Source: Schmidtea polychroa
Taxonomy: Eukaryota
Direction of reading: 5' to 3'
Assembly: GCA_044892525.1 (NCBI GenBank)
Contig: CM097886.1
Span: forward strand, 114,948,001-115,012,000
Length of the DNA: 64,000 nt
Under the pieces are notes generated by a model. That model was given only the letters and a program-made list of their open reading frames with translations. It searched no databases and was not told where the DNA came from. This document shows positions 51,255 through 61,900 of this stretch, piece after piece (the stretch's first letter is position 1; every line of letters begins with the position of its first letter). Position numbers and translations under genes: made by a program.

Positions 51255-52010
51255 CAGGGTTTTTTACTTAATTAAATCCTTTTAAAATTTAATTTAATCC
51301 TTATAAAATTTATTTTAATCCCTTTAAAAATATTAATTTAATCTTTATAAATTTTCATTTAATTTCATTAATTTCAATTTCTTATAAAGTTTATAGAAGA
51401 ATATGGAAGCGAGACTTAACTTTGCTGGGAGACACTTGGAGTTGGATGAAAGTAACATTTTTTTTGTTGACGAATTTGGAATGAGTTGTTTAACGATGAA
51501 AAGATATGGGAAGAGCCTTGTCGGTACAAGACCTAGAAAACAAGTACGAAATTTGAGATTACAAAATTATTCTGTCTGTGCAGCAGTTTACAAGAAAAGT
51601 CTTATTTATCTTGATCTAAAATCTTTAGCATTTAAACGTAATAATTTAATGGAATTTCTTCGAAATTTGTTACAAAAACTGAACAACGATGGATTTACAA
51701 ATTCCAAAATCATACTGGATAATAGTATTCATAGAAAGAGAAGAAATAAGAAATTTAATTACTGACAGCGGGCATGAATTACTATTCCTACTACCATATA
51801 ACCCGCGATTGAATCCAGTCGAATAAGTCTTTGCGGAATGGAAGTCTTAATTTTAATACTTCAAATGAATTGTTCACGGCAATCAATACTACGGTTACTA
51901 AAATTTCTGAAAATTATTGTATTGGATTCTTTAACCATATTAAATCCTTTGCTGTGAAAGCACTTAGAAGGGAAGTCTATACCGAAAATAGAAACTTGGA
52001 TTTTACATTT
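51255..52010 (+). mobile_element. Second IS630/Tc1-family element, internally deleted
   Basis: TA|CAGGGTTTTTTACTTAATT end related to 48689; FFVDEFG, IILDN-SIH and LPYNPRLNPVE; HTH region missing. Confidence 0.85.
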
Positions 52011-52382
52011 TTTGATGTTTATTTTTGTATATAATTTAAAAATTTTTAATAACTTTAATGAATGGATTATGTATGATTGGATTAAATTAACTTTTAAAGG
52101 TATTAAATAAGGTTAACTATATTGTCTTCATCGCCCCAATCGTGTACTGATTCAAGTCTCGGGGAAATAACTACATAGACGGATTTACTGTAAGTCGTTG
52201 GCATGAATTAAAAATCTCAATTGTGCTTCGCACAGTAGCACACGTGGTAATGATACTACCTATAATAATAGTGAAATGATTGTATAAAATCTATTTGAGG
52301 TACCGTAAATAGGCGGTAAATCATAATAATAGCAATACTGCAACGCGTTAATAATGCTATACAGACTTTTGAAATAGTAATA

Positions 52383-53881
52383 CCGTATTACCTCGAATAA
52401 AAGTGGCCCTCGAATTTAAGCCGCAGTAAGGTTTTAACACTTTAAAATTGGAAAAAAAATCAACCTCGAATTTGAGCCAGAGGATAGGTATTTAAAATAG
52501 AATAAAGTAAAAATTAAAATGCTTTAATAAAAAGGTGTTAAAAAACGAACTTTATTTTGTAATAATATTTACATAATCTTCTTATTTAACCTTATTTAAT
52601 CTTCTTCAGAAGCATCATCACTTTCGACACCTTTACTTTCTGAGCTAGAATATTCATATTTACTATTACACCAGAGCACATTATCTTTGGTACCATTTAA
52701 ACTATTAGTTATGCAACATTTTAAAAATCAGTTTTTAATTACTTCTTCAGATACATCTTTCCACGACTGCAAAACCCACTGAACTATAGTTTATGGCGAT
52801 GATCGTTTTATTTTCCCAGTTGGTGTCAAAGAAAGTTCTTCTCGAATTAACCAGGCTTCATAATAGGTTCTCATTTTGTATTTGAATGGTTTATACATCG
52901 ATTGGTTATAGTTGACTCGTCATTCCTCCTGGGATTATTACGACATCACATTTTTTTCTCTTTACTTTTAGTTTAACGTTATCAGTGAAATGTCCTCACG
53001 CATCCATTACTAGTATGATTCGTCTCTTTAAAAGAGCACAAGGTGTCTTCTATCATACAGTTTCTACCCAATCTTTCATCAATTCTGACGTCATCTAGGC
53101 ATTCTTTTGTGCTCGAATTACAACACCCTTAGGAAAATTCTCCTTGGGTATGGTTTTCTGTTTAAAATAATGACAGATGGCAATTTATTTCCGTCAACAA
53201 TTATAGACAACATTACGGTAATGCGCGATTTTTGACATTCAGTAATTAATATTTCTATTTGTTTTTATCCTTTCTGGTTTACTGTATAGTTTCTTGGCAT
53301 ATCGAAGAAAGTTGCTGTTTCATCAGCATTTCTAAGTTGACTAAAAGAATAATCATGCTCTTTTCTCAAGTTGATAACATGACGCTGAAAACTGAGTAGT
53401 TTATCTTCGAAATTCGATGGTAACTTTTGGATGATTGTCGTCCTTCCTGTTTCATGAACTTTTTGCACTTGCTTTAAATATAACGCCAGACCTTTTAGCA
53501 CTCTCTAGCTTTAACCATAACTGAGACCCTCGTCACTGGTAAACCTTTACTTCGTAATTCATTCACATAAGACCAGACAACTGCGTCAATTGCATGATAC
53601 CTTCCGATTTTAGGCCCCGAGAAAGATTTACTGTGTATTTTACATTGAAATAATTTTTCTTTTATTACTCCCCAACGACGCACATTCTTTTCGTCGATAG
53701 TAATTCTTTTATCGGCTTAGCGATTTCCAATTTCTTCGGCACACAAAATAACTTTTCTTTTGAATTCAGCATCATACGTGAAGCGTTTATTCATGATAAT
53801 AATTAATGAATGTGATCGGTAATAAAAATTGTAATAAATAAATCAAAATTAAAACACGACCAGACACTATATATATGAGAA

Positions 53882-53934
<53 letters not shown>

Positions 53935-54302
53935 TTTTAATTCCGTTACAAAGGCTTTAACGCTCCTAAGAAAAAGAGGAAACAGATATAATATTGTTTT
54001 TATCTCTCGAATTCGACTTTTTATAAATTGCTTATTAAAACAATTTAGTGATAACTTAAGCCTTTTGCTGCGAATAATGTATTTAATTGAAATAAAAATA
54101 AGATAGTCGAAAATATTTTCATTAAATACATTATTCGCAGCAAAAGGCTTAAATTATCACTTTGTTGTTTTAAATAATAAATGCTGCTACCAAGAAATCA
54201 TCACTTTATAAATTGCTTATTACTTCGAATATAAGGAGCACCCTAATTTTGCAAATTAAAAATGTAAGTAAAAAGTGCCGCTTATATTTGAAGTAATTAT
54301 GG
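52383..54302 (-). mobile_element. pogo-family (POGK-like) transposon, full length but pseudogenised
   Basis: TA-flanked ends CCGTATTACCTCGAAT.. and ..ATATTTGAAGTAATTATGG; ORF from 53794 MNKRFTYDAEFKRKVI, ADETATFFDMP, LVMDA, IPGGMTSQL*PIDV. Confidence 0.88.
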
Positions 54303-54419
54303 TAATAATTTTTGCATCATGCAAAAAACTTCAATAAAATGAATTATGAAAAAATATTATTTTAAATTCTTTTATGACCACTTTAGAATCCAATGAATTT
54401 GGTCATAATTTCAACGTTT

Positions 54420-56300
54420 AAATTTTCAGTTTACGATTTCCTGTTATTCTGCTTATTTTCGAGCTTCATTTTTTTAATTCTACGTAATGGTGTTGAGTTT
54501 CTGTTGTTTTGAGCTTCTTTAATTGGATTTTTCTTTGGATTTTGGATTGAATTTAGGTTTCTTATTTAGGTTTCTTTTAAAATTTCTTTTTGGTCTTTCA
54601 ATTGATTTTTTCAGTTGACTGTAGGTTGACTTTCAATTGCCCAGTTGATTTCTCAATTGAATATTATTTTTTGATTTTTCGAGAATTTTCTCTATTTCGA
54701 TATAGCGATTGAGTTTGAGAAAGTTCTGTTAGAATTAGTGTTTTCTTTTTTAAGTTCTGTTGGGTTTCATTTTTTGTAGTATTTTTTAACTCCTGAAGGT
54801 GTCTTTCTATTTGTTGCCAATCCCTACAGAGTTTTATGGCAAATTTTCAGTGGATCAGCGTGAACTACCCAATCATCATTTTCAGTAACTTTTGTCGGTG
54901 CTGCTTACTAAGAACCTACAGGATTTTGAAAATCTTTTGTAGCCGGATTTCTTGTCCAGAGCCTGGTTTAAATATATTAATCTTATCGCTTCCTTTTCTA
55001 ACATTTTAATACTAATATATTTAGTAAATAACCGTTTGACTCATAAATAAATCTTTTAATAAATCTTTTGTGCATTATTTCTAAATTCCTTTTTATAAAA
55101 ATTAGCTTATTTGTTTGGTAATTACTTGTTTAAATCTAACTTTTTTATTATCCATTTTCCTTCTTTTTTCATTATTTTCTATAATTTCCTTATTCTGACT
55201 ATTTAGTTTAATCGATTGTTTTGTTTTCTCCTCTTTTGATTATTTTTTCGACTGAATCGTTTATTTGTAATTTAATTTTGACAAACAATTTTTATTTGTT
55301 TTTATCAGTTCTTCTTTATTCACGAAGTTATTCGCAAATATTTTGTTTTAATCTGACTTTTCACTCTTTCTTTTGTATTTCTTTGCGTTTCTTGAAATTT
55401 AAATTTGGTCGTATTTTTGCATCTTTGTTTTATTTATATTTCTATGTTTGATTTTCCTTAGTTTTCGTTTAATTTTTGTTTTAATTCTTCATTTGCTTTT
55501 CTTTTAATTATTATTCTTATTTTTACGTGTCTTTTGTATTTCCTAGCCTTCTCTTGATATTGAATTATCTCGTTGAATAAACAACAAAGGTTTTCCTGGT
55601 TTTTTTTCAGTTTACAAGTATTCAGTTTATGATATTCGTTTAATCATTTTATGATTTTCTTTGAGAACAGTGGCGTTTAGAAACCGGGTTTGGCCAACGG
55701 TGAAAGAGACCTTCAAATCTTCTCCTCCAATAGGTGAACTGGTGTCTTTAATCACTCAGTTGATTGGAGTTCGGGTTGGAGGGCCTCCGGTAAGTCCATC
55801 ACTGTTAAGCAGTTTTATGTATGGTATAAGCAGAACAATGATAGAGGTTTTAATCACTAGGAAGCCAAAGTCTGGAGGCAGATGATGTTTTAGACGAAAT
55901 AGTGACTGAAGCGTCCAGCGCACTGACGAATCCAGAAATTCAAACGACAATAGGTATGATCTTGCACAGCAATACATGTGGGTGGGATTTTCCTTTGAGT
56001 TCACGATACTATCGACAAATCTTTCTACAATTAAATCAGGAATTCCGATTTGTAGGGTCTACGCTACTGACAAACCGAGATCACAAAGTAGAACGAATGC
56101 GAGACGAATTGTTAAAACGACCTCATTCGAGAAAAACTGAATTTTCAGCAAAGATCACTAGCTTTCATAATAAATTCACCTTACATTATAAAGTTGCATG
56201 CGAATTAGTGCACGAATTAGTGCAGTACCGATTACTGCGATTAATCAACATAGAATTGAGATCAAAGTTACCAACTTAAACAGTTAATTATATGAGAATC
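54420..56300 (-). mobile_element. Decayed coding-like tract, possibly retrotransposon gag/ORF1
   Basis: About 1.1 kb strongly T-rich on plus (Lys/Glu/Asn-rich if read on minus), next to a GC-richer stop-poor block; no diagnostic motif. Confidence 0.25.
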
Positions 56301-56869
56301 CACAAATGTCACATCTGACTCGGCTTCATATGTTATAATTATCAATTATTCTAATGATTTGTTTCTCTCTGAAAGGTCGTTGCTGCTAACACTCTACAAA
56401 ATATAATCACACAGGATGATAGACGTCGAAAGCGAGAGGATAGAATCTGATAAAATCAACGGGGCAAAAGTCAAGGCACCTACGAAGGGCAGAATAATTG
56501 CAGGTGTTAATCGCCACATAATCAATGAAACAATTATATTTTTGTTGTTTAAAAATTCAATAAAAGCAATTTAATAAAAACTTAAGAAAATAATCACTGT
56601 CATCATCGGCATCGATCCGTCTTGCAATTTATTTTATTTCGTGACAACTTTTCTATAGAATTACTCGCCTTTCTTTACTTGTCCTTTTCTCAAAATACGC
56701 AATAAATAACAACTACAATCATGTTTTTCTTGTTCTTACAAGAACGCTAAGATACAAATGATGCAGAAGGAGATCGAGCTATTAAAGCGAAAAATAGGCT
56801 ACCTGAAAGGGACGCTGAAAGAGACACCCTCGCCCCTGCCACCCCAATACTCTAATTCTTCAATTATTT

Positions 56870-57287
56870 CTCACAATTTGTGTGTCTGTGACTTCATGTG
56901 AGCGGAACCTTTCAAAACTAAAGCTGATTAAGAATTATTTAGGATCCATCATGGAACAGTCAAGACTTTCTGATCTGGCTATACTATAAATTGAAAGTGA
57001 GACAGTGAAGGACGTAGACTTTGATGAAGTGATTGACAGGTTTGCAGCGCTTAAGACCAGGAGAGAAAAACTTTAAAGAATGTATTAATATCTATAACTT
57101 AACGTTATTATAGTTCTTTAATACTTGTGCACACTGACCTTCTATTAACTTGTTTTTCGTTTTTTTCATTTGATACTGTTGACTTATTACATGCTGAATA
57201 AATAAGAATAAATCTGTGGTCAAAATTTGGAGGGGTGACACCGTGAGTTTATCGCACTGAGTGACACCAACCCTAGCGATGCCACTG
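56870..57287 (+). mobile_element. 3' end of a ZMYM1-like hAT
   Basis: FLTICVSVTSCERNLSKLKLIKNYL..VDFDEVIDRFAALKTRR*, then terminus CCCTAGCGATGCCACTG. Confidence 0.88.
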
Positions 57288-57454
57288 CCTAAAGGTCGAT
57301 TTATCTATTTGCTTGATAATAAATTAAATAACTTTAAAACACACCCGACCACAAACATCAGCACTTCTGCCTGCTTTGTTATTGGTATTAAAATTCTAGA
57401 AGGGCTGTTATAGAAAACGAGAGAATGGAACCTACTGTTGAACCCATAAATGAA

Positions 57455-59790
57455 CCTTTAACGGAAACGGTTCCAGCAGTCGGATGGACCAATAGGAGCA
57501 ATGATATTGGTTGAAATGCAACATAAGATTTGACATACGTCCTCCAGTTCTTTTAATCAGGGTTGACCTTATTTGAAACGGAGGCCTAACACGACAATAT
57601 AATTATAAAAGGGATTGTATACTGGTAAACCGGTTAACCGGTAAATTGGCACAAAAAAAACTCGGAAAATTTACCGGTAAAATCGGTACATTAAAAATCC
57701 TTGCTAGAAAGTTTTATGTGTAAAATATCGTATTTACCTAAATACCTACAGGATACAGTAAATATTTTAAATTCCCAGTTGGAAATTTGCTGTTTTATTA
57801 CATGTTTGAGCATGAAAGAAGAGGAAAAAAAGTTTCACTTCATTTGACATCTCAGCTTGTGACTACTTGAAAGAAAGATAAATACAAAAGGGATACTTTT
57901 ATTTATTACTCTCATCTGTTGCAGACGTGACTAAATCAATAGAATATAGCTAAGTTCCCATATACTAGCCCGCCAAATTATCTAAAAATGCAACCAATTG
58001 AAAGTTTAGAGTAAGATAATAAAAATATTGACACTTCTACAGTTAATGTAGAAATGACTATGAAGCAGAAATTATACGATCTCATAACATAAAAGACAGA
58101 ATGCCAGGAAAGATCAGTTTCACAACAAAAAAACAAATATATTGGCAATATATTGTGAAAAAAGAATTTGAGTACTTCCGCCAAGAGAAAATACAAGGAA
58201 AGTATATTCAAATGGTATATGATTATTTGATGACAATTCGTTCAACAAGTGTTGATTCAGAAAGGGTATTCTCGGACTCTGGGTTATTTTGTACAAAAAT
58301 AAAAACAAAATTAAAGAATAGCACTTTAAATAATTTAAGTTTTTTGAGGAGCTATTTTTTAAAAAATGTTAATAAATAAAAAACTATTAGTTAATAAAGC
58401 TATTTCTGTGTCATTATTATTTTTTTACTTTATTTTATTTGTTTCTAAAATATTATTATAGTTTGTTTAGATTTATAAAGATACATTAATCTTTATATTT
58501 TTCATATTTTATATTTTGGAAATAAAAATCGTGAAATGGACATTTAAACTTGTTTTTTTGTCAACTTTATTTTATCTTTTAGAAAACATAAATTTCCCGG
58601 TAATTTATCAGTAGACCGGTAATTTTATTTTCGGTAATCGGTAAATTTACAATCCATAATAATAATAATAATAAAGTTCTTCTTTTACATGTAATTTGTA
58701 TATTACAAGAGATTGTTCCAGCGCTTCAACGCCCAAAAAGATGTTTTCATAGAAATTTGAAACTTTTCTGACAAAAAAATGGTGAGTCACATTTTCAATT
58801 ATTCCTTGCTAGATCACATAAATGCTTTTCTAGGCCCAAGATTAATAAAAAGCCGTAAAAAATGTTCCCCAACTGGCAATTTTCTCATTGGCTGTTATTG
58901 ATGCGTTGTTCTTGCACGTAAACAGATAATAAAATACGGATCAAAGATGAAATTTGAACATTAACATTAAATAAAATACAATTGACCTTGACCGTAATTA
59001 AACTATCTCAGTTCCGGCTAATCACAGACATGAAAGGTGCAAAAGATGTCAAAGTTCCACACAAATCCTCAATTGTCACAAAGTGATGCCCAGAATTAGA
59101 ATTGTAGCGTCCAATTCCTGCAATGCTTCTTTAATCTATTTCTACAGCTGAATTCTATTAAATTTATTAATGAAATTGAATTTAATAATAAATTTGTCAG
59201 CTTTGAAGGTTTTGTTTTACTGATGGATTCAAGTATTGTTTATTGTCGGACGGAAATGACTCCAGCAGTCAGATGGACCAATAGGACCTATAATGCAGCA
59301 TAAGATTTGATATGCGTCCTTCAGATCTTTTTATCGGGGTTGACTTTAATTGAAACTGAGGCCTGACACAACATAATTAAGATAATATTAATAAAGATTG
59401 CTCCAGCTATTCAACACCCGAAAAGGTATTTTCATTGAAATTTAAAAAATTTGCTGTCAAATAAATGCTGAGAAGCATTTCCAATTATTCCTTGCTAGAT
59501 CACAGAAATGCTTTGTTAGGCCACAACCTAATAAAAAGCGGTAACAATTATCCGCAACTGGCAATTTCCTCATTGGCTGTTATTGATGCGCAGTTCTCAC
59601 CTTTGCTGCTATATACTAAATGATGTTGAACATATGTGAAAGGTGCCGAGTGAAATGAAACAAAATTGCATTAATTGCATTCACATTATTGAATAATTCC
59701 CCATCAAATGGTGGATAATTTAAATATTTGACAAATTCTCCTCATCTGGCACAATTTTCACTGCTTTCAAATTTATCCTCAATTTTCACT
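57455..59790 (-). pseudogene. Two tandem diverged copies of an LRR-like relic (copy A 57455-59090 split by a hAT; copy B 59240-59790)
   Basis: Clear DNA duplication (for example CCAGCAGTC.GATGGACCAATAGGA and CAATTATTCCTTGCTAGATCAC in both). LRR-like fragments ELRINN, LEKHLCDLARNN and FNENTFSGVE*LE appear only with frameshifts. Confidence 0.4.
57609..58658 (+). mobile_element. ZBED-type hAT deletion derivative
   Basis: Degenerate TAGGGATTGTA-type ends, ACCGGT subterminal repeats, and ORF 58101-58379 TIRSTSVDSERVFSDSGLFCTK (dimerisation domain); TSD not clean. Confidence 0.85.
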
Positions 59791-59871
59791 TTAAATATTA
59801 AATTTTTGTAAATGAAATAAATGAAAATTATCAAATAAATAAATCAATTTATTAATAAAAATATTATTCAA

Positions 59872-61317
59872 TCACGAGTCAAGGTCAACAGAGCATTTGA
59901 TAAATATTTCATTGTTACGCATCAGATCTGGATTGCTTGATAAATCCGCCAGGCGTATAAATTGGTGATATCCCATTCCATTATTTCTATCTGTTGGTTG
60001 CATATATTCTTTGATATTTGGATGATCTGCATATTTCACAGTCTTACTGACATGAGCCAGTCCGGTGCGCTGATTTATCAATGCGAGTGTGACAGAATGC
60101 CTGAATGGCCATTGCAAAATGCTGTCAAACTCGCCCTTCATCAAACAAAAGTACACAGATAAATGAGTGCCCTTGCCCTTGCCATCACCATCAGGATCCA
60201 CACGCAAACACATTTGATAACCATTTGCATGCGTAAGAAATGATTTGCTATAAATGCTGCGGTTGATTCCCTTTTTTGCATCTGCCATTTTATCAGAGAA
60301 TTTGTCGAGCTTCCATAAATATTCTCCGCATTGCTTATTGTTGCTCATTTGCTCAGCTTGATCAGCACATTTCCTCTGCAATTCAGCAATTTCCTCCTGA
60401 ATAATAATAAAAATCCAAATATCAATCACATTAATATTGCAATTCATTCACAAACTTGATTCCTTTCCATATTTCCCCTCATCGTAACATTTTCACCATT
60501 CAGCTGGTTAATTGTGGCGGATTTCTCATCATATTTCCTCTGCAATTCTGCACATTTCCTATGCAAATCAGCAATTTCCTCCTGAATAATAATAACAATC
60601 CAAATATCAATCATATCAATATTGCAATTCATTCACAAACTTGAGTCCTTTCCATATTTCCCCTCATCGCAACATTTTCACTCTGCAATTCAGCAATTTC
60701 CTCCTGAATTCTCACAAATTATCCGTATCAAATACAATATTGAATCTTACTCGCACAAATTCATTCTCTGCTGTCAATTTATTGTTATTTGCCTTCAATA
60801 TCTGCACCTCATTATTGAAATTTGTAACGAAATTCATCAATAGTTTTGTGTGCTCCATTATTTCCAATTGCAAATGATCCGCAACTTTATCCTGAGATAT
60901 ATTGCTTTTGTCACAGCCTATATTCGCATATGGACATGCAACTGATCGACATTTACACATCCGTGAATGATCTTCCATTTTTCTTAATTCATCAACGTAA
61001 TCACAAGAAATTCCTGAGCATTTCACTCTCATCTTTAATATTTTGATATTTATCGCGTAATCTACAGCAACATTTTCACTCAAATTCAGCATTTCCAGCT
61101 TACAGTCCTCTGTGTTACCGGGACAAGTTTTATTCTCTCTTTCTAGATATACTGAAATACAAGAGAAACAAAATCTGCATCCGCATGGAGCAATTCGAGC
61201 ATCGATCAATAATTTTTTACACATTGAGCATATCATTTCGTGCTGAATTTCTGCTAAACTTTCATAATTATGATTTCTTATTATTTGCCAAACATTTGAT
61301 AATTTCGAATCAGCCAT
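59872..61317 (-). CDS. TRAF: TNF receptor-associated factor (RING - short Zn finger - coiled coil - MATH), 426 aa, 4 exons
   Basis: Exons 60751-61317, 60641-60703, 60456-60581 and 59872-60396; phase-0 GT-AG introns of 47, 59 and 59 nt; RING CSMC..PCGCRFCFSC; MATH YLWKLDKF..GYQMCLRVDPDGDGKGKGTHLSVYFCLMKGEFDSILQWPF; no stops after splicing. Confidence 0.95.
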
Positions 61318-61599
61318 TTATCATATAAATTTAAATTATGAAAAATTAAAAAAATTAAATTAGTGAAACTTAAAATTTGAAAATGTCAATTATAATCAAT
61401 AATTTATATTATTCAAATTATATTATTTAAACAAAGGTTCATATATATTAATATGATAACATTTGTCTCCAAAAATAATATTAATATATATTTTAAAATA
61501 TAAAATAATATTTTAGTATAATTAAAAAATTATTTATGATGCTTAAAGAAATTTTATTTCAATCTTTAAAAATCTTTTTTTATTTGATAATTATTTTTT

Positions 61600-61900
61600 T
61601 AAGAATGACTTTGTTCCTTTTGTTGGGTTGTTCACGATGTCTGAAAATTTTAAGCACAATAATTAACGAAAATCACATTCCACACTCTTAATGGAGTATA
61701 TAAACAGACAAGGTCATCATACTTGACAATCAATTTGGCTCTCGGAAACTACCACACGATTACTTCCTTAAGACAAGGCACCCATAGTTACCCATGTTGG
61801 TGATGTGTCAAGCCGGCGATACCCATAAGGCAGGTGAGCCCCTACCTAAGACTATTTCCCACTAGCGTTTCTAAACGGGTTTCTGACGGCCGTTAGAAGG
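61600..61900 (+). pseudogene. Possible non-LTR reverse transcriptase fragment
   Basis: CLKILSTIIN, IILDNQFGSRK and LRQG resemble RT motifs, but in different frames. Confidence 0.3.

Noticed and set aside
48689-52010. Fanzor/TnpB cargo associated with the IS630-like elements
   Set aside because: No RuvC or zinc-finger ORF was seen in or beside either element; only HTH/DDE remnants are present.
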